Below are positions 1 to 9,744 of a DNA stretch of 64,000 nucleotides, piece after piece. Origin of the DNA: a virus. Made by a program: the position numbers and the translations under genes. Within the stretch, counting starts at the first letter, position 1. Every line of letters begins with the position of its first letter. The DNA is taken from the IMG/VR virus record IMGVR_UViG_3300031548_000001, positions 1 to 64,000 of that record; one strand, written 5' to 3'. The notes beneath the pieces were generated by a model. It did no database searches. It was not told where the DNA came from and saw nothing but the letters and a program-made list of their open reading frames with translations.

Positions 1-13
1 TCCCGTCAGTTAC

Positions 14-89
14 GGGCTCTTAGCTCAGTTGGTAGAGCGCCTGCATGGCATGCAGGAGGTCAGCGGTTCGACCCCGCTAGGGTCCACCA
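14..89 (+). tRNA. tRNA-Ala(GGC), host gene used as the integration site
   Basis: 76-nt cloverleaf GGGCTCT...AGGGTCC-A-CCA with a G3:U70 pair, anticodon loop ATGGCAT and T-loop TTCGACC. Confidence 0.97.
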
Positions 90-102
90 ATTTGGACAAA
101 GC

Positions 103-135
103 ACCCACCCCGAAAGGGGTGGGTTTCTTCTTTTC
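103..135 (+). terminator. Intrinsic terminator after the tRNA
   Basis: ACCCACCCC-GAAA-GGGGTGGGT followed by a T-rich tract. Confidence 0.85.
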
Positions 136-189
136 AGAGGTAAGCGATGCGACTGGACGCAACGCAACTTCACTGGTTTCAACTGCCTT

Positions 190-1470
190 ATGCCAACCAA
201 ACGCGAACCAAGAACCGGACCGAATGCGAACCAAGGGTCCATTCGTGGTGTCCGCCTCTTGCCTGAGCGCGTCGGCCGGGAAAATCCCTACGGGGTTCAG
301 TGGCCTGAAAAGGTCTGGAGTGACAAGCAGCAGAAGATGGTTCGGAAGGTGAAGACGCTTTTCTTCCCCACTACCGAGGCTCGCGAAACCAAAGCTGCCG
401 AGCTTCGCGATGCTCGCCGCAGCCGCATGGTCGTCGCCAGTGTCAGCCGCGCCGAGATGGAGGAATACCGCGCCTTCAAGCAGGCCATTGGTAACACTCC
501 ATGGCAGGATGTGGTCGCAGGCTGGAAGAGCCGCCAAATCGAAACCGGCGCGGTTACGTGCAGCCTCACGGTCGAGGCCGCCGCAAAGATCTACGTCGCT
601 CAGGCCGCTGTTCTGCTGAAGAAGGAAAAGATCAGCGGAGGATATTACCGTCACCTTGAGCAGAAAATCGGAGAGCGGTTCGTTGATCAATTTGGTGACC
701 TGACGCTCGATAAGGTGACCACCGCCGACATCGTCACGTGGATCGATGACTTCGACGAGGTGCAGAGCGACGACACCTTCGACAACTACAAGAAGCACGT
801 CCGCGCCTTTTACTCCTACTTCCTTAACCAAGAACGTCCGGTCATTCGCGACAATCCCGCGGCCCGCATCAAGAATCGGAGCGACGGCATCGGCGAGGTG
901 AAGATCATCAGCGTAGCCCAGACGGCCCAGCTTTTCTGGACGGCACTGAACTACGTCGACGCGAACGGCGTGAAGAAGTTTCTCCCGGCGATAGGACGAC
1001 TGGCCATGGAAGCATTCATTGGCCTTCGGTTCGCGTCCGGTTGCCGCCTGGCCAAAGAGGACATCAACCGAGAGGATAAAGGCGTAACGCTTCCCAAAAA
1101 AAAGCTGAAGACCAAGCGCCGACATTACATCGATGGACTGCCCGAAAACGTATGGTCGTGGGTGGACATCACGCCCGACGAATGCTGGGACCTGACGCCG
1201 CGCCAATACCTGAGTCTGAAGAGCGAGCTTTTCACGGTCGCCCGTGTTCCCCATCCGCAGAACTGCCTCCGTCATGGCTTCGCAACCTACCATGTTGCGG
1301 CGCATAAAGACGGGGGGAAGACTGCTTACATTCTGTGTCATCGTGACCAAGATGAACTATACGAGCATTACAAGGGGAACGCGACTGAGGCGCAGGGTAA
1401 ATTGTATCAGACGATTACGCCTGAGACGGTGGAGTTGATCCGGCAGGGCGCGGTGCTGGTGCCGGTGTGA
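190..1470 (+). CDS. int: Tyrosine recombinase / phage integrase
   Basis: GLR, LRHGFATYH, CH and HY catalytic-type motifs; adjacent to the tRNA; start uncertain. Confidence 0.9.
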   Translation: MPTKREPRTGPNANQGSIRGVRLLPERVGRENPYGVQWPEKVWSDKQQKMVRKVKTLFFPTTEARETKAAELRDARRSRMVVASVSRAEMEEYRAFKQAIGNTPWQDVVAGWKSRQIETGAVTCSLTVEAAAKIYVAQAAVLLKKEKISGGYYRHLEQKIGERFVDQFGDLTLDKVTTADIVTWIDDFDEVQSDDTFDNYKKHVRAFYSYFLNQERPVIRDNPAARIKNRSDGIGEVKIISVAQTAQLFWTALNYVDANGVKKFLPAIGRLAMEAFIGLRFASGCRLAKEDINREDKGVTLPKKKLKTKRRHYIDGLPENVWSWVDITPDECWDLTPRQYLSLKSELFTVARVPHPQNCLRHGFATYHVAAHKDGGKTAYILCHRDQDELYEHYKGNATEAQGKLYQTITPETVELIRQGAVLVPV

Positions 1471-1759
1471 AGAGCGCGAGACGTGCCAACGCCACTTCGA
1501 GACTGACGCCGAAGAGCGCGAGTGCCTTCGGGTCGAGTAGGTAGGGCGGACCCTCGAACATCGTTTTGGGAATGATGCGTGCGCGAATCTTTCGCCGGAT
1601 GTGCTCGTGGCTGCGTTGAGCGCAGAACGCGAACTGCGCGATCGTGAGACGCTGCAGGCGCTTGGGCTCCGAACTGGGCTTCAGGCCTGCGAGAACTTTG
1701 TCGGCCACCATCGTGGCGAGCTGCTCCATTTGGGCAGGCTCCAAGGTTTGAGTAGCCAT
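1415..1759 (-). CDS. Excisionase-like HTH protein
   Basis: Small and basic; LTIAQFA...IRRKIRARIIP resembles Xis/MerR-type HTH; convergent with int. Confidence 0.55.
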   Translation of the reverse strand: MATQTLEPAQMEQLATMVADKVLAGLKPSSEPKRLQRLTIAQFAFCAQRSHEHIRRKIRARIIPKTMFEGPPYLLDPKALALFGVSLEVALARLALFTPAPAPRPAGSTPPSQA

Positions 1760-1773
1760 GGTGAATCATGGGC

Positions 1774-2076
1774 TCAGGCAACTTTGGATTCGGTCACGGC
1801 GCCGGCCGTGGCTTTGGGCTTACGCAGAACTTTGTAAGCGCGAAATTCAGGGTGGTTGAAGATCCAGTCTTGGATGCGGCGCACCGTGGTGAATCGACCA
1901 GACCATGGGCAGTCAGGTTGGCCGCGTGATGCGGCACGGATTGCGGTGATAGTCCAGCGGCCTACTCCGCAGGCTTTGGCAATTTTCTTTTCACCAAAAA
2001 TCAAGTCATCAGGACCGACTTTTTTTTCTGTGAGGCGCTTTTTAATAAGCTTACGGCGGGATAGTATTCGGGTCAT
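1774..2076 (-). CDS. Small basic putative DNA-binding protein
   Basis: KIAKACGVGRWTI is HTH-like; start moved to ATG 2076 behind a CCCGAA leader. Confidence 0.55.
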   Translation of the reverse strand: MTRILSRRKLIKKRLTEKKVGPDDLIFGEKKIAKACGVGRWTITAIRAASRGQPDCPWSGRFTTVRRIQDWIFNHPEFRAYKVLRKPKATAGAVTESKVA

Positions 2077-2286
2077 TTCGGATCGGGTTCGTTTCGGGTT
2101 CGGGTATCGGGGAAAACCCCTGTGGGTGCCTAACGGTGGCAAGCAGTATTAGTCCGAAATCTAAATGCAATAATACTTTTACCTGATTTTCATAACTGTT
2201 TTTTCCGCAGTCATCTGAATCTTTTTTTAGCTAAAATCTCCTGCAAATTCCCTGTATCCATTGATAAAATACTAAATTTTTATCGG

Positions 2287-2769
2287 TCAAGTTATGGCCT
2301 TTTTACTTTCAAATGGCTGCTGAAGAATGCTTTTTATTTCCAACCACCGGTCGCGTTCAGCTGGTGTCTGGTCAACATTGGCCGCTTCTACCTCGGCAAA
2401 GAACACAGCTTTTTTTAACGCCTCGCGCATGGATGGCGCCATGTGGATCAGGTGTGCAGCATCTATCCACTCATCTTCTGAGAGCAGCTTTTCCTTTTCA
2501 CTTTTGCTCGCTGACTTTCCAAGTAGTCGAACAACAACGCCGACGGTGCATTCGCCACGGGCCAAGAATGCAGTTTGTGGCCCCAGGTCGTCGATTCGAT
2601 CAAACGAATGCCTGCCCGTCCGGCTCATTAAGTGGCCGGTATGGTTGTAGGGGTAGGTTTTTTTACAAAAGACACAATCATCGTCATGCCACGTATTAAC
2701 GTGAATAGACGACAATCCTACTGCGCATTTATTGCTTTTTACTAGCCGAACAAACCCGATTTTTAACAA
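2287..2769 (-). CDS. Hypothetical phage protein
   Basis: Low-GC ORF; AHLIHMAPSMREAL resembles the common phage ARLIAAAPELL motif; start uncertain. Confidence 0.5.
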   Translation of the reverse strand: MLKIGFVRLVKSNKCAVGLSSIHVNTWHDDDCVFCKKTYPYNHTGHLMSRTGRHSFDRIDDLGPQTAFLARGECTVGVVVRLLGKSASKSEKEKLLSEDEWIDAAHLIHMAPSMREALKKAVFFAEVEAANVDQTPAERDRWLEIKSILQQPFESKKAIT

Positions 2770-2773
2770 ATCT

Positions 2774-5257
2774 CTACGGGTTTTTACAAATCTCAGGAAT
2801 ACAGATAGTCTCCGTCGGTGCCTGTCTCATTATGATTTGGCCATTAGGCAGGCTGATCCTGCGCTCACTTGCTGATGTGAGGTTCAGGTATTTGCGGGCT
2901 CGCGTTATGGCCACGAACAGAAGACGGCGCTCCTCATTGAAACCAGCCGCGTCGGCACTGTGAAACATCTCAGTCCCGGCCACGATCACCGCATCCCATT
3001 CCTCACCCTTGGCGGCATGCACAGTGAGCACGTTGACTCCACGCGTGGACTTGGTTTCGGGCGACTCGCGCAGCGCGGCGATCAGCTCCTCGATGGAATC
3101 TGGCCGGTAGAGCCGAATTCGCTCAGCCATCAGCGCGTGGCTGGCCTTGCTTATGCCGTAGCGCGATAGGTCGGCATTGAGCGACAGGATCACTCCCGGC
3201 GAAGGGAACGACCACTGCGCAGTGGGGTGGTGGCCTTGGTCTCTCTGGCACATGACAAAGTGCTCGGCCACCGCTTGGTCTTCTTTGAGGTGTTTGGCTT
3301 GAAGACGGGCAAATAGGCGAGCCATGGCCCAGCTGGACGGGGTAGCAATGAGCGATAGCATCTGAAGGAGCAACGGCCAGTCCTTCGGCTTGCGCTCAGG
3401 CTCGACGTCGGCGACCGGCACACCGGCTTCGCGCACCGCGTCGCGAAGCTCGTTGGCCAGCCGGTTTGTCCGGCAGAGCACGGCAACTTCATGCGGAGCA
3501 ACGCCGCCGGCGATGCGTTGCTTTGCGAGGCTAACCACTTCCATCCGTTCTGCCGCATCGGTCGGGCATGCCTGCGAATTGACCTCACCCTCGAGCTCTA
3601 CCGCCGAGATGGTGTCCTTGGCGATACGGCCCGCGTTTGCCGCGATCACCGAATTGGCGACGTCGCAGATGCGCGAGGCGCACCGGTAATTCAGGCCCAT
3701 GACGTGGCGAGCGAAGCGCTTGTCGTTCCAGTAGTCGGTGACGTTGGCCGGCCGGGCGCCGCGGAAGCCAAAGATGCTGTTGCAGGTGCCAATGCCGTTC
3801 GCGACGTATTTGTGATATTTCGCGATGTCTAGTGACCAAACGTAGCCGGAGTATTGGCGAGAAGTCACTGTGATCGGTGCCCATGCTCCACCTCGGTTGT
3901 TTCGGTCAAGCCGGTCTGGGCATATTGGAACGTGCATCACGCCATCGATGAGATTGCAGGCGCGAATTTCCTGAACTGTGCGCCGCGTTCTTGGTTCATC
4001 CTTATCGAAAAGCGGGAACTCCAGAAGGCGACCATGTGCCTCCAAGCAGAGCCGTGCACGGGCCTTTTGGTCGTGGATGTTGGCGAATATTGAGTCTATT
4101 ACCGATTGGGTGAAATGACGGCAGTTTTTGGCCGCCTTGAAGCACGCTTCAGGCAAACCAAAATTAGCTGCTACAATCTGTTCGTGCGCTGTGGCCTCGG
4201 CTTCTGTCTCATGTGTTTTCAGCACCCACGCACTATCAGCGCCCTCTTGTCTCATGCGGAGCCCAAGGCCAATCACCGCTTTTACCGAGCTACCGTCCGA
4301 ACGAAAAAACATGGTTTTCCCAACGCGGAAGTGATCACCCTTCCGCATGATATAAGTGCACCACGTATCAACATTTCTACCCTTGCCCGAAAGCCATTTT
4401 ATTAACCATCGGTGGTTTGGAGTGCAGTCGGTAGATTTACCAGCGGCGGTGACTGTGATCATGCTTCCGGAGTAGCTTCTTCGGCTGACTGCCCTCACGA
4501 CACCGCACTTCAGAAAGGTCTTCTCGCGTCTAGCGTATGTAGTGATCTGTTCTCCCACTCGCAAATCTTCTATAGGCTTCTCCGAAACTCCGTCAGCCAA
4601 GCGCACCATCGTGCCAGCTGGTTGGCACTGGTCAGGATCTCCGACCACCAGCAGCTGCGTAGGATTGGCAGAGAGGTAGATCTTGGCGTCCTCCGGGCCG
4701 GAGTCCTGAAACTCGTCAACGAACCAGTGCGTCCACGGGTTCTCAAAGCGCAGGCTTTCGATGCAACGCAGGCCCTCGCGAAGGACCATGTCGAAGTCCA
4801 GCATCTTCTCCGATCGCATGAAAAGTCGGTAGGCTCTCACGGCTCGCAGTGCCGGGCTCATAAAATCCGAAAACTCATCGAGCGATCGTGCGGCCTGCAG
4901 TTCGGCATCGGTGCCTTTGTAGCCCATCACCTTGGCGTGACGCGCAAGGAACTCGGCAGCGTCGTCTTCGCCGATCAGCACCCAACGCGGATCGTCACGA
5001 CGAAGCAGCTGCATCATCATGCCGTGGAGCGTGCCGACGTATCCGACATGGCCAACGGCCTCGGCGAGACGACGGCGCATGACCTTGGCGCCGATGTTGG
5101 TGAACGTGACGAACGCCATGTCCGCCGGGTTTACACCGGACTCTTTGAGTGCCTTCGCCCGTTCGACGATGACGCGGCTTTTGCCGGACCCAGGCCCAGC
5201 CAGCACGATGTTCCACGGCGCTGGCGAGGTGACGACGGCGAGTTGATCAGGATTCAT
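2774..5257 (-). CDS. UvrD/Rep-family SF1 helicase containing an intein
   Basis: AGPGSGKS, TFTN, VDEFQD, GDPDQ|SIFGFRG, NYRC, TVHAAKGEEW and LLFVAITRA motifs. Confidence 0.95.
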   Translation of the reverse strand: MNPDQLAVVTSPAPWNIVLAGPGSGKSRVIVERAKALKESGVNPADMAFVTFTNIGAKVMRRRLAEAVGHVGYVGTLHGMMMQLLRRDDPRWVLIGEDDAAEFLARHAKVMGYKGTDAELQAARSLDEFSDFMSPALRAVRAYRLFMRSEKMLDFDMVLREGLRCIESLRFENPWTHWFVDEFQDSGPEDAKIYLSANPTQLLVVGDPDQCQPAGTMVRLADGVSEKPIEDLRVGEQITTYARREKTFLKCGVVRAVSRRSYSGSMITVTAAGKSTDCTPNHRWLIKWLSGKGRNVDTWCTYIMRKGDHFRVGKTMFFRSDGSSVKAVIGLGLRMRQEGADSAWVLKTHETEAEATAHEQIVAANFGLPEACFKAAKNCRHFTQSVIDSIFANIHDQKARARLCLEAHGRLLEFPLFDKDEPRTRRTVQEIRACNLIDGVMHVPICPDRLDRNNRGGAWAPITVTSRQYSGYVWSLDIAKYHKYVANGIGTCNSIFGFRGARPANVTDYWNDKRFARHVMGLNYRCASRICDVANSVIAANAGRIAKDTISAVELEGEVNSQACPTDAAERMEVVSLAKQRIAGGVAPHEVAVLCRTNRLANELRDAVREAGVPVADVEPERKPKDWPLLLQMLSLIATPSSWAMARLFARLQAKHLKEDQAVAEHFVMCQRDQGHHPTAQWSFPSPGVILSLNADLSRYGISKASHALMAERIRLYRPDSIEELIAALRESPETKSTRGVNVLTVHAAKGEEWDAVIVAGTEMFHSADAAGFNEERRLLFVAITRARKYLNLTSASERRISLPNGQIIMRQAPTETICIPEICKNP
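3779..4627 (-). mobile_element. Intein (283 aa) in helicase motif III
   Basis: Begins CQPAGT; block B TPNH; block F VWSLDIAKYHKYVANG; ends TCN before Ser+1; removal restores GDPDQSIFGFRG. Confidence 0.92.
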
Positions 5258-5364
5258 GGCAGGAGCATGGCCGTGGCCATGTAGATGATTGCGAGTGAGA
5301 CGCCGGCGGTGCAGACGGAGACCTTCTGTCGCAACGTGAGGGTATTGCCTTTGAAGGGGTTCAC
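5254..5364 (-). CDS. 36-aa putative membrane peptide (not in the ORF track)
   Basis: MNPFKGNTLTLRQKVSVCTAGVSLAIIYMATAMLLP; GTGA and ATGA overlaps with both neighbours. Confidence 0.6.
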   Translation of the reverse strand: MNPFKGNTLTLRQKVSVCTAGVSLAIIYMATAMLLP

Positions 5365-5663
5365 AGGCGTCCCTCCGCTTTGACGATGGCAGCGCGGGCG
5401 GCCTTCTTTTTTTTCACCCAGTCCGGGGCGCACTGGCTGTCTTCTGCGGCGAGAATTCGGAGATGGTCTAACAGCTCCTGAGCGGCGATGAACAGCCGGG
5501 CATTCGCGAGCGCTGTCTCGGGATTGGATGGCGAGCCTTTGCGCGTGTCCGTAGTGCGGTCAGTAGGGAAGCTGCAAACCACACGGTTCAGCTGGTCGAA
5601 AATGGCATTCGGTGCGCCGTCGGCGTAGGTGCCAAAGGTAAGAGGAGATGAAGCGGGGATCAT
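5361..5663 (-). CDS. Hypothetical phage protein (ANARL..AA..LL family)
   Basis: Motif ANARLFIAAQELL; ATG 5663 behind a CCCGAA leader. Confidence 0.7.
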   Translation of the reverse strand: MIPASSPLTFGTYADGAPNAIFDQLNRVVCSFPTDRTTDTRKGSPSNPETALANARLFIAAQELLDHLRILAAEDSQCAPDWVKKKKAARAAIVKAEGRL

Positions 5664-5721
5664 TTCGGGATTCGTTTCGGGTTCGGGTGTCTGACGGACA
5701 TCAAACAATCCGAACGATGCA

Positions 5722-5734
5722 TTAAAGTAAAGAG
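5722..5734 (-). promoter_or_regulatory. CTCTTTACTTTAA motif, copy 1 (putative early promoter/operator)
   Basis: Same motif at 19301 and 26777, each just downstream of a terminator. Confidence 0.65.
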
Positions 5735-5738
5735 AAAT

Positions 5739-5770
5739 AAAAAGGCGCAGAGGAATAATCCCCTGCGCCT
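5739..5770 (-). terminator. Intrinsic terminator
   Basis: AGGCGCAG...CTGCGCCT stem followed by a T tract. Confidence 0.8.
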
Positions 5771-5788
5771 CGTCCCGTCCGATGCCGT

Positions 5789-7555
5789 TCACTGGAACAG
5801 ATCGTCGCTGGCCTTTATCTCGTTCCCTCGGTTTATCAGCTCCAGCGTTCGGAGCGATGACAGGGCGTTGTTGAATCCCCCTCCTGTTACCTCGTAGCCA
5901 GCTTTGGCTGCCAGAGCTTCCTTGGACAGCGCGTGCGGATAGACATTGAACAGAGCTGCCATGATCGAGCGTTGTGCCTTATCGAGCCGGCTCAGCCACA
6001 GCTGCCGTAGTGCATCGCCGGTCGGCAATGGATCGTAGGCACCGAGAGCCTGAATGCCTCGGTTCATTATAGCAATCTTGTCGCCTTCAAAACCGATATA
6101 CGGGGCCGACTCTTTGTTGCGCAACGCGGAGATCGAGTTATTGAAGCCTCCACCCGTGACCGCGTAGCCAGTGACCGCAGCCAGCTTGTTCTTGGTGCAC
6201 GGACCAAACTGGACCAGCGCAGTAAGGATCGAGCGTTCCGCCTTCGGCATAGTCTCACCAGCAGCTTTGGTGTTTATCAAACGGGTATTCTTTATCACTT
6301 CCTCGACGTGCGTGACGTCAATTTTAGGTGCTGTAACCGTGATCTTATAATCACGTCCACCATCCACAGGTCCCATGATCTTGCTGAGTTCAGCTTCGGC
6401 ACGAGCCTTAAGCTTTTGAGCAAAATTACCTAGGTCTATTGCCTCTCCAAGTGCCCATTGTAAAAAATACTTCGTGGTTTGCTGTCCTTCCAGAAAGCCA
6501 CTTGAGCGTGCAGCTTCAATCGCGGATCCCTTAGATTCCTTGGGGACCGATTTAAGGAATGCCTCTCGCTCTAGTTCTGCGATGCGCAGCCGAAGCGCCT
6601 TCGGGTCATCTGCCTTCACTCGCTGCACTGTGTCGGCGATTTCCTTGCCGAGCGCGGCGACGTCCACCGCGGCGAGGCGCTTCGGCATGACGATCACTTG
6701 TCCGGGCTTGGGGGTGGCGCCGCTGTCGTAGGTCTTTCGTTTGCGGACCTTCACACGGGCGAGCACATCCAGCCAGCCAGGCGACCAAAACCACGCTTCA
6801 CCGATCGGCAGACTTGGCAGGCTCTTGATGAGCACGTCGGCTTGCTCCTCGGTCGCATGCACCTCCACCCATTCACGGATGGCAGCGATGTCCTTCGGGT
6901 GAACCAGCCGGAGCGTCACGAGCACCTCGCATTGCGTGAGAACGTTTTTATTGAGCACCGCCGGCCGCTGGGTGATGAGCGTGCAGCCGATGCCCTTCTT
7001 TCGACCGCGGCGCACGATGTCTTCCATTGCGCCAAGGACTCGAGCCTCGTCTCCAAAAGGGCGTTGTGGTGCGTAGTCGTCGGCCTCGTCACAGACTAGG
7101 TGCACAGGGTTTCGGTTGAGGCGATAGAGCGTCTCGAAGAAATCAGCGAGGAACCGGCGAGACTGGCCTTTCTTGAAGTGCGACAGGTCGATCACGGCAG
7201 ACACGCGCTTGTCGATCAGCGTGCGGGCAATGACCTCGCCGGCGGTTTCCTCAAGCGGGATGTCGGCATGGTCACCACCGAACACGACGACTTCGTAGGC
7301 TGGCCGCTCACCGTCTTCGGACGACTTCAGGCCCCACCATGCACCGGTGGGATCAATTGCGACGACATGCTGGCCAGCATCGAGCAGCTCTTCCGTGAGC
7401 ACCGCGGCAGTGTAGGTCTTGCCGACACCACGCTTGGCGAGGATGGCGACGGTCTGGGTGGTGATGTCTAGGGGAAGGTCGAACTCCATGCTGTTCGCAT
7501 GGCTCGTGATGCTGGCCGGATGGCGTTGGCCTAGGTGGATGGGATGCGTTTTCAT
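5789..7555 (-). CDS. HerA/DUF87-like ATPase with C-terminal winged-helix-like repeats
   Basis: AKRGVGKT Walker A, VAIDPTG, VCDEAD Walker B, RRGRKKG, ITQRPA; two GYxVTGGGFNN repeats. Confidence 0.85.
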   Translation of the reverse strand: MKTHPIHLGQRHPASITSHANSMEFDLPLDITTQTVAILAKRGVGKTYTAAVLTEELLDAGQHVVAIDPTGAWWGLKSSEDGERPAYEVVVFGGDHADIPLEETAGEVIARTLIDKRVSAVIDLSHFKKGQSRRFLADFFETLYRLNRNPVHLVCDEADDYAPQRPFGDEARVLGAMEDIVRRGRKKGIGCTLITQRPAVLNKNVLTQCEVLVTLRLVHPKDIAAIREWVEVHATEEQADVLIKSLPSLPIGEAWFWSPGWLDVLARVKVRKRKTYDSGATPKPGQVIVMPKRLAAVDVAALGKEIADTVQRVKADDPKALRLRIAELEREAFLKSVPKESKGSAIEAARSSGFLEGQQTTKYFLQWALGEAIDLGNFAQKLKARAEAELSKIMGPVDGGRDYKITVTAPKIDVTHVEEVIKNTRLINTKAAGETMPKAERSILTALVQFGPCTKNKLAAVTGYAVTGGGFNNSISALRNKESAPYIGFEGDKIAIMNRGIQALGAYDPLPTGDALRQLWLSRLDKAQRSIMAALFNVYPHALSKEALAAKAGYEVTGGGFNNALSSLRTLELINRGNEIKASDDLFQ

Positions 7556-7590
7556 TTCGGGTGGTGAGCTGCGGTGAACGTGGGGTGCGA

Positions 7591-8070
7591 TCAAAACGGG
7601 ACGTCTTCGTCGATGTTGTCCTGCGGAGGCGGCGTGGGACGCGAGTTACCGCGGGACGGGGGAGTGTGCCGTTCGATAGTCTGATCAACGCCTTCGTTGG
7701 ATCCTGCAGAGCGGGAGCCGCCACCGGCACCATCGTCGCGGCCACCGAGGAACTGGAAGCTCTCCAGCACGACCTTCATCTTGCTCCGTTTCTGACCGGT
7801 CGTCTTGTCGTCCCAAGAATCGAGCTTGAGACGGCCTTCGATGAAGATCGGCTTTCCCTTCGTGAGGTATTTGGCGATCGTCTCGCCCTGTTTATTCCAC
7901 GCCTCGATGTCCACGAAGGTGGTTTCGTCTTTGGTGGCGCCGGTGTCGTCTTTGAACTGGCGATTTACTGCCAGGCCGAACGTGCAGATTGCCGTGCCCT
8001 TCGGGGTTACCCGGAGTTCCGGATCACGCGTGAGATTGCCGATGAGCATTACTTTGTTGAGGGAAGCCAT
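7591..8070 (-). CDS. ssb: Single-stranded DNA-binding protein
   Basis: MASLNKVMLIGNLTRDPELR N-terminus and DEDVPF tail. Confidence 0.97.
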   Translation of the reverse strand: MASLNKVMLIGNLTRDPELRVTPKGTAICTFGLAVNRQFKDDTGATKDETTFVDIEAWNKQGETIAKYLTKGKPIFIEGRLKLDSWDDKTTGQKRSKMKVVLESFQFLGGRDDGAGGGSRSAGSNEGVDQTIERHTPPSRGNSRPTPPPQDNIDEDVPF

Positions 8071-8096
8071 GATGATGTTGGTTGAATTGATGGAAA

Positions 8097-8405
8097 TTAC
8101 AGAGCCGCGAGGAACGACTTGGCGTCCACGCGGTAGATAGGAAAGTCCCTAAACTGGGCGCGTTTTTGATCCGGGCGCAGGGGGTCATACCCCTCCACGC
8201 CGCGCCAGTTGACGTTGAAGGTTTCACAGATGGCGCAAAGCTGGTTCCACTCATCTTGACCAAGGAACAAAGCCGGAGGATTGACTTCTTTGCTCAAGCT
8301 TCGGGCGTGTTTTGCGAGAGCAGTCGCTTTGTTGAGTCGTGAGATGATGCCTTCTGGCTTTGGAGGAAGAGGAGGTGCGGAGCCGATTGGATCGTCGTGG
8401 AACAT
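8097..8405 (-). CDS. Hypothetical protein
   Basis: Coupled to the upstream helicase gene by a TAATG overlap. Confidence 0.55.
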   Translation of the reverse strand: MFHDDPIGSAPPLPPKPEGIISRLNKATALAKHARSLSKEVNPPALFLGQDEWNQLCAICETFNVNWRGVEGYDPLRPDQKRAQFRDFPIYRVDAKSFLAAL

Positions 8406-9682
8406 TAGGCGGCGTGTTGGCGGTAGAATTCAAGGGCGACAGGGTTGGCGCGGATGGAGTTTCCGGTGATGTCCGCGATGAAGAGGCCGGGCAGCGATCG
8501 AGCGCGGCTCATGGCGACGTAGGCCTGACCATCGGCGAAGCAGTTCTTCAGGTGCACGCGCACCTTATCGAGGGAAAGCCCTTGGGATTTGTGGATGCTG
8601 ATGGCGTAGCTGAGACGCAGCGGGATCTGCCGGCGAGATGCCTGCACCTCACGGTGGCGCATGATTGACCATTCCTGCGCTTCGATCTCGCGCTTGCAGC
8701 CGTTGGCGAACTCGACGACCGGGATCTGCTGTTGATACTGGCCAGTCTTCACTTCGACCAGCACGCCCAGCGAGCCGTTTACGAGGCCTTCCTCCGGTTC
8801 GATGTTGCGCAGAAGCATGACTTGTGCGCCGACCTTCAGCGTGAGCGTTTTCAGAGCGATGCAGTTGCGCTCAAGATTCGCCCGACTGAAATCACCATCG
8901 GCCCAGTCCGTCGATTCCCACGTGACCGCGGGCGTGGTGAGTGCCTCCAGTTTGTCGGAGTTGATCCGGTCTGCGATTTCGTTGTGCGTGGCCAGTGTCA
9001 CCGGCGTGATCTCCGGCGAGGTGTCCACGGCGTTTACTCGAGGACGCAGCACCGAGCGGACATCCTCCCACGTGTCACCGATACGGACACGGCTCAGGAT
9101 GTTGGCGAACTCGCGGTCCTTTTGGCGCATGACCTCTGTGAGCAGGAACACACCGATGTCGGCACGTTGCCAGCTCTGGGACTCGAACGCGAACCGCACG
9201 GCTTGGCCTTTCTCGCCGACGGGCGGGAGTTGGAGAAAGTCGCCGAACACGATCAGCTGAATTCCACCGAACGGGCGAGCATCACCGCGCACGAGTTGGA
9301 GAACGCGATCTACTTTATCCAGCGTTGGGGCATCGACCATGGAGATTTCGTCGATGGCGAGGCGCTTCGCTTTGCGCATCTCATACCAGACCGCTCCTTT
9401 CTTTTTCAGCATGCCGGCGGCGATCTCGTCCGCCGTCTTGTTGCCGATGCCGAGGCCTGCCCAGCTATGCAGCGTGCAGCCGTTGACGTTGAGCGCGGCG
9501 ATGCCGGTTGAGGCGGTGACGGGCAGGTCTTTGTATTCGCCACGAAGATAATTCAAGAGGGCTGATTTGCCGGTGCCGGCGGGGCCGGTCACCATCGTGT
9601 TCTTGCCGCTCGCAATGCGCTCAGCTGCCAGCCGTTGCTTGGCGTTGAGCTGTTGAAAGGTGATAGTCGGTTCTGGTTTCAT
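8405..9682 (-). CDS. Pif1-family SF1B helicase
   Basis: GPAGTGKS, IDEISM, PFGGIQLIVFGDFLQLPPV, QIPLRLSYAISIHKSQG and GQAYVAMSRAR; start 9682 behind a leader. Confidence 0.93.
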   Translation of the reverse strand: MKPEPTITFQQLNAKQRLAAERIASGKNTMVTGPAGTGKSALLNYLRGEYKDLPVTASTGIAALNVNGCTLHSWAGLGIGNKTADEIAAGMLKKKGAVWYEMRKAKRLAIDEISMVDAPTLDKVDRVLQLVRGDARPFGGIQLIVFGDFLQLPPVGEKGQAVRFAFESQSWQRADIGVFLLTEVMRQKDREFANILSRVRIGDTWEDVRSVLRPRVNAVDTSPEITPVTLATHNEIADRINSDKLEALTTPAVTWESTDWADGDFSRANLERNCIALKTLTLKVGAQVMLLRNIEPEEGLVNGSLGVLVEVKTGQYQQQIPVVEFANGCKREIEAQEWSIMRHREVQASRRQIPLRLSYAISIHKSQGLSLDKVRVHLKNCFADGQAYVAMSRARSLPGLFIADITGNSIRANPVALEFYRQHAA

Positions 9683-9744
9683 TTCGGGTTCGGGTCTCTG
9701 CAAAGGGTGAGGCGCGGCCGTGAAATGGCCGCGCCAAGGACTTA

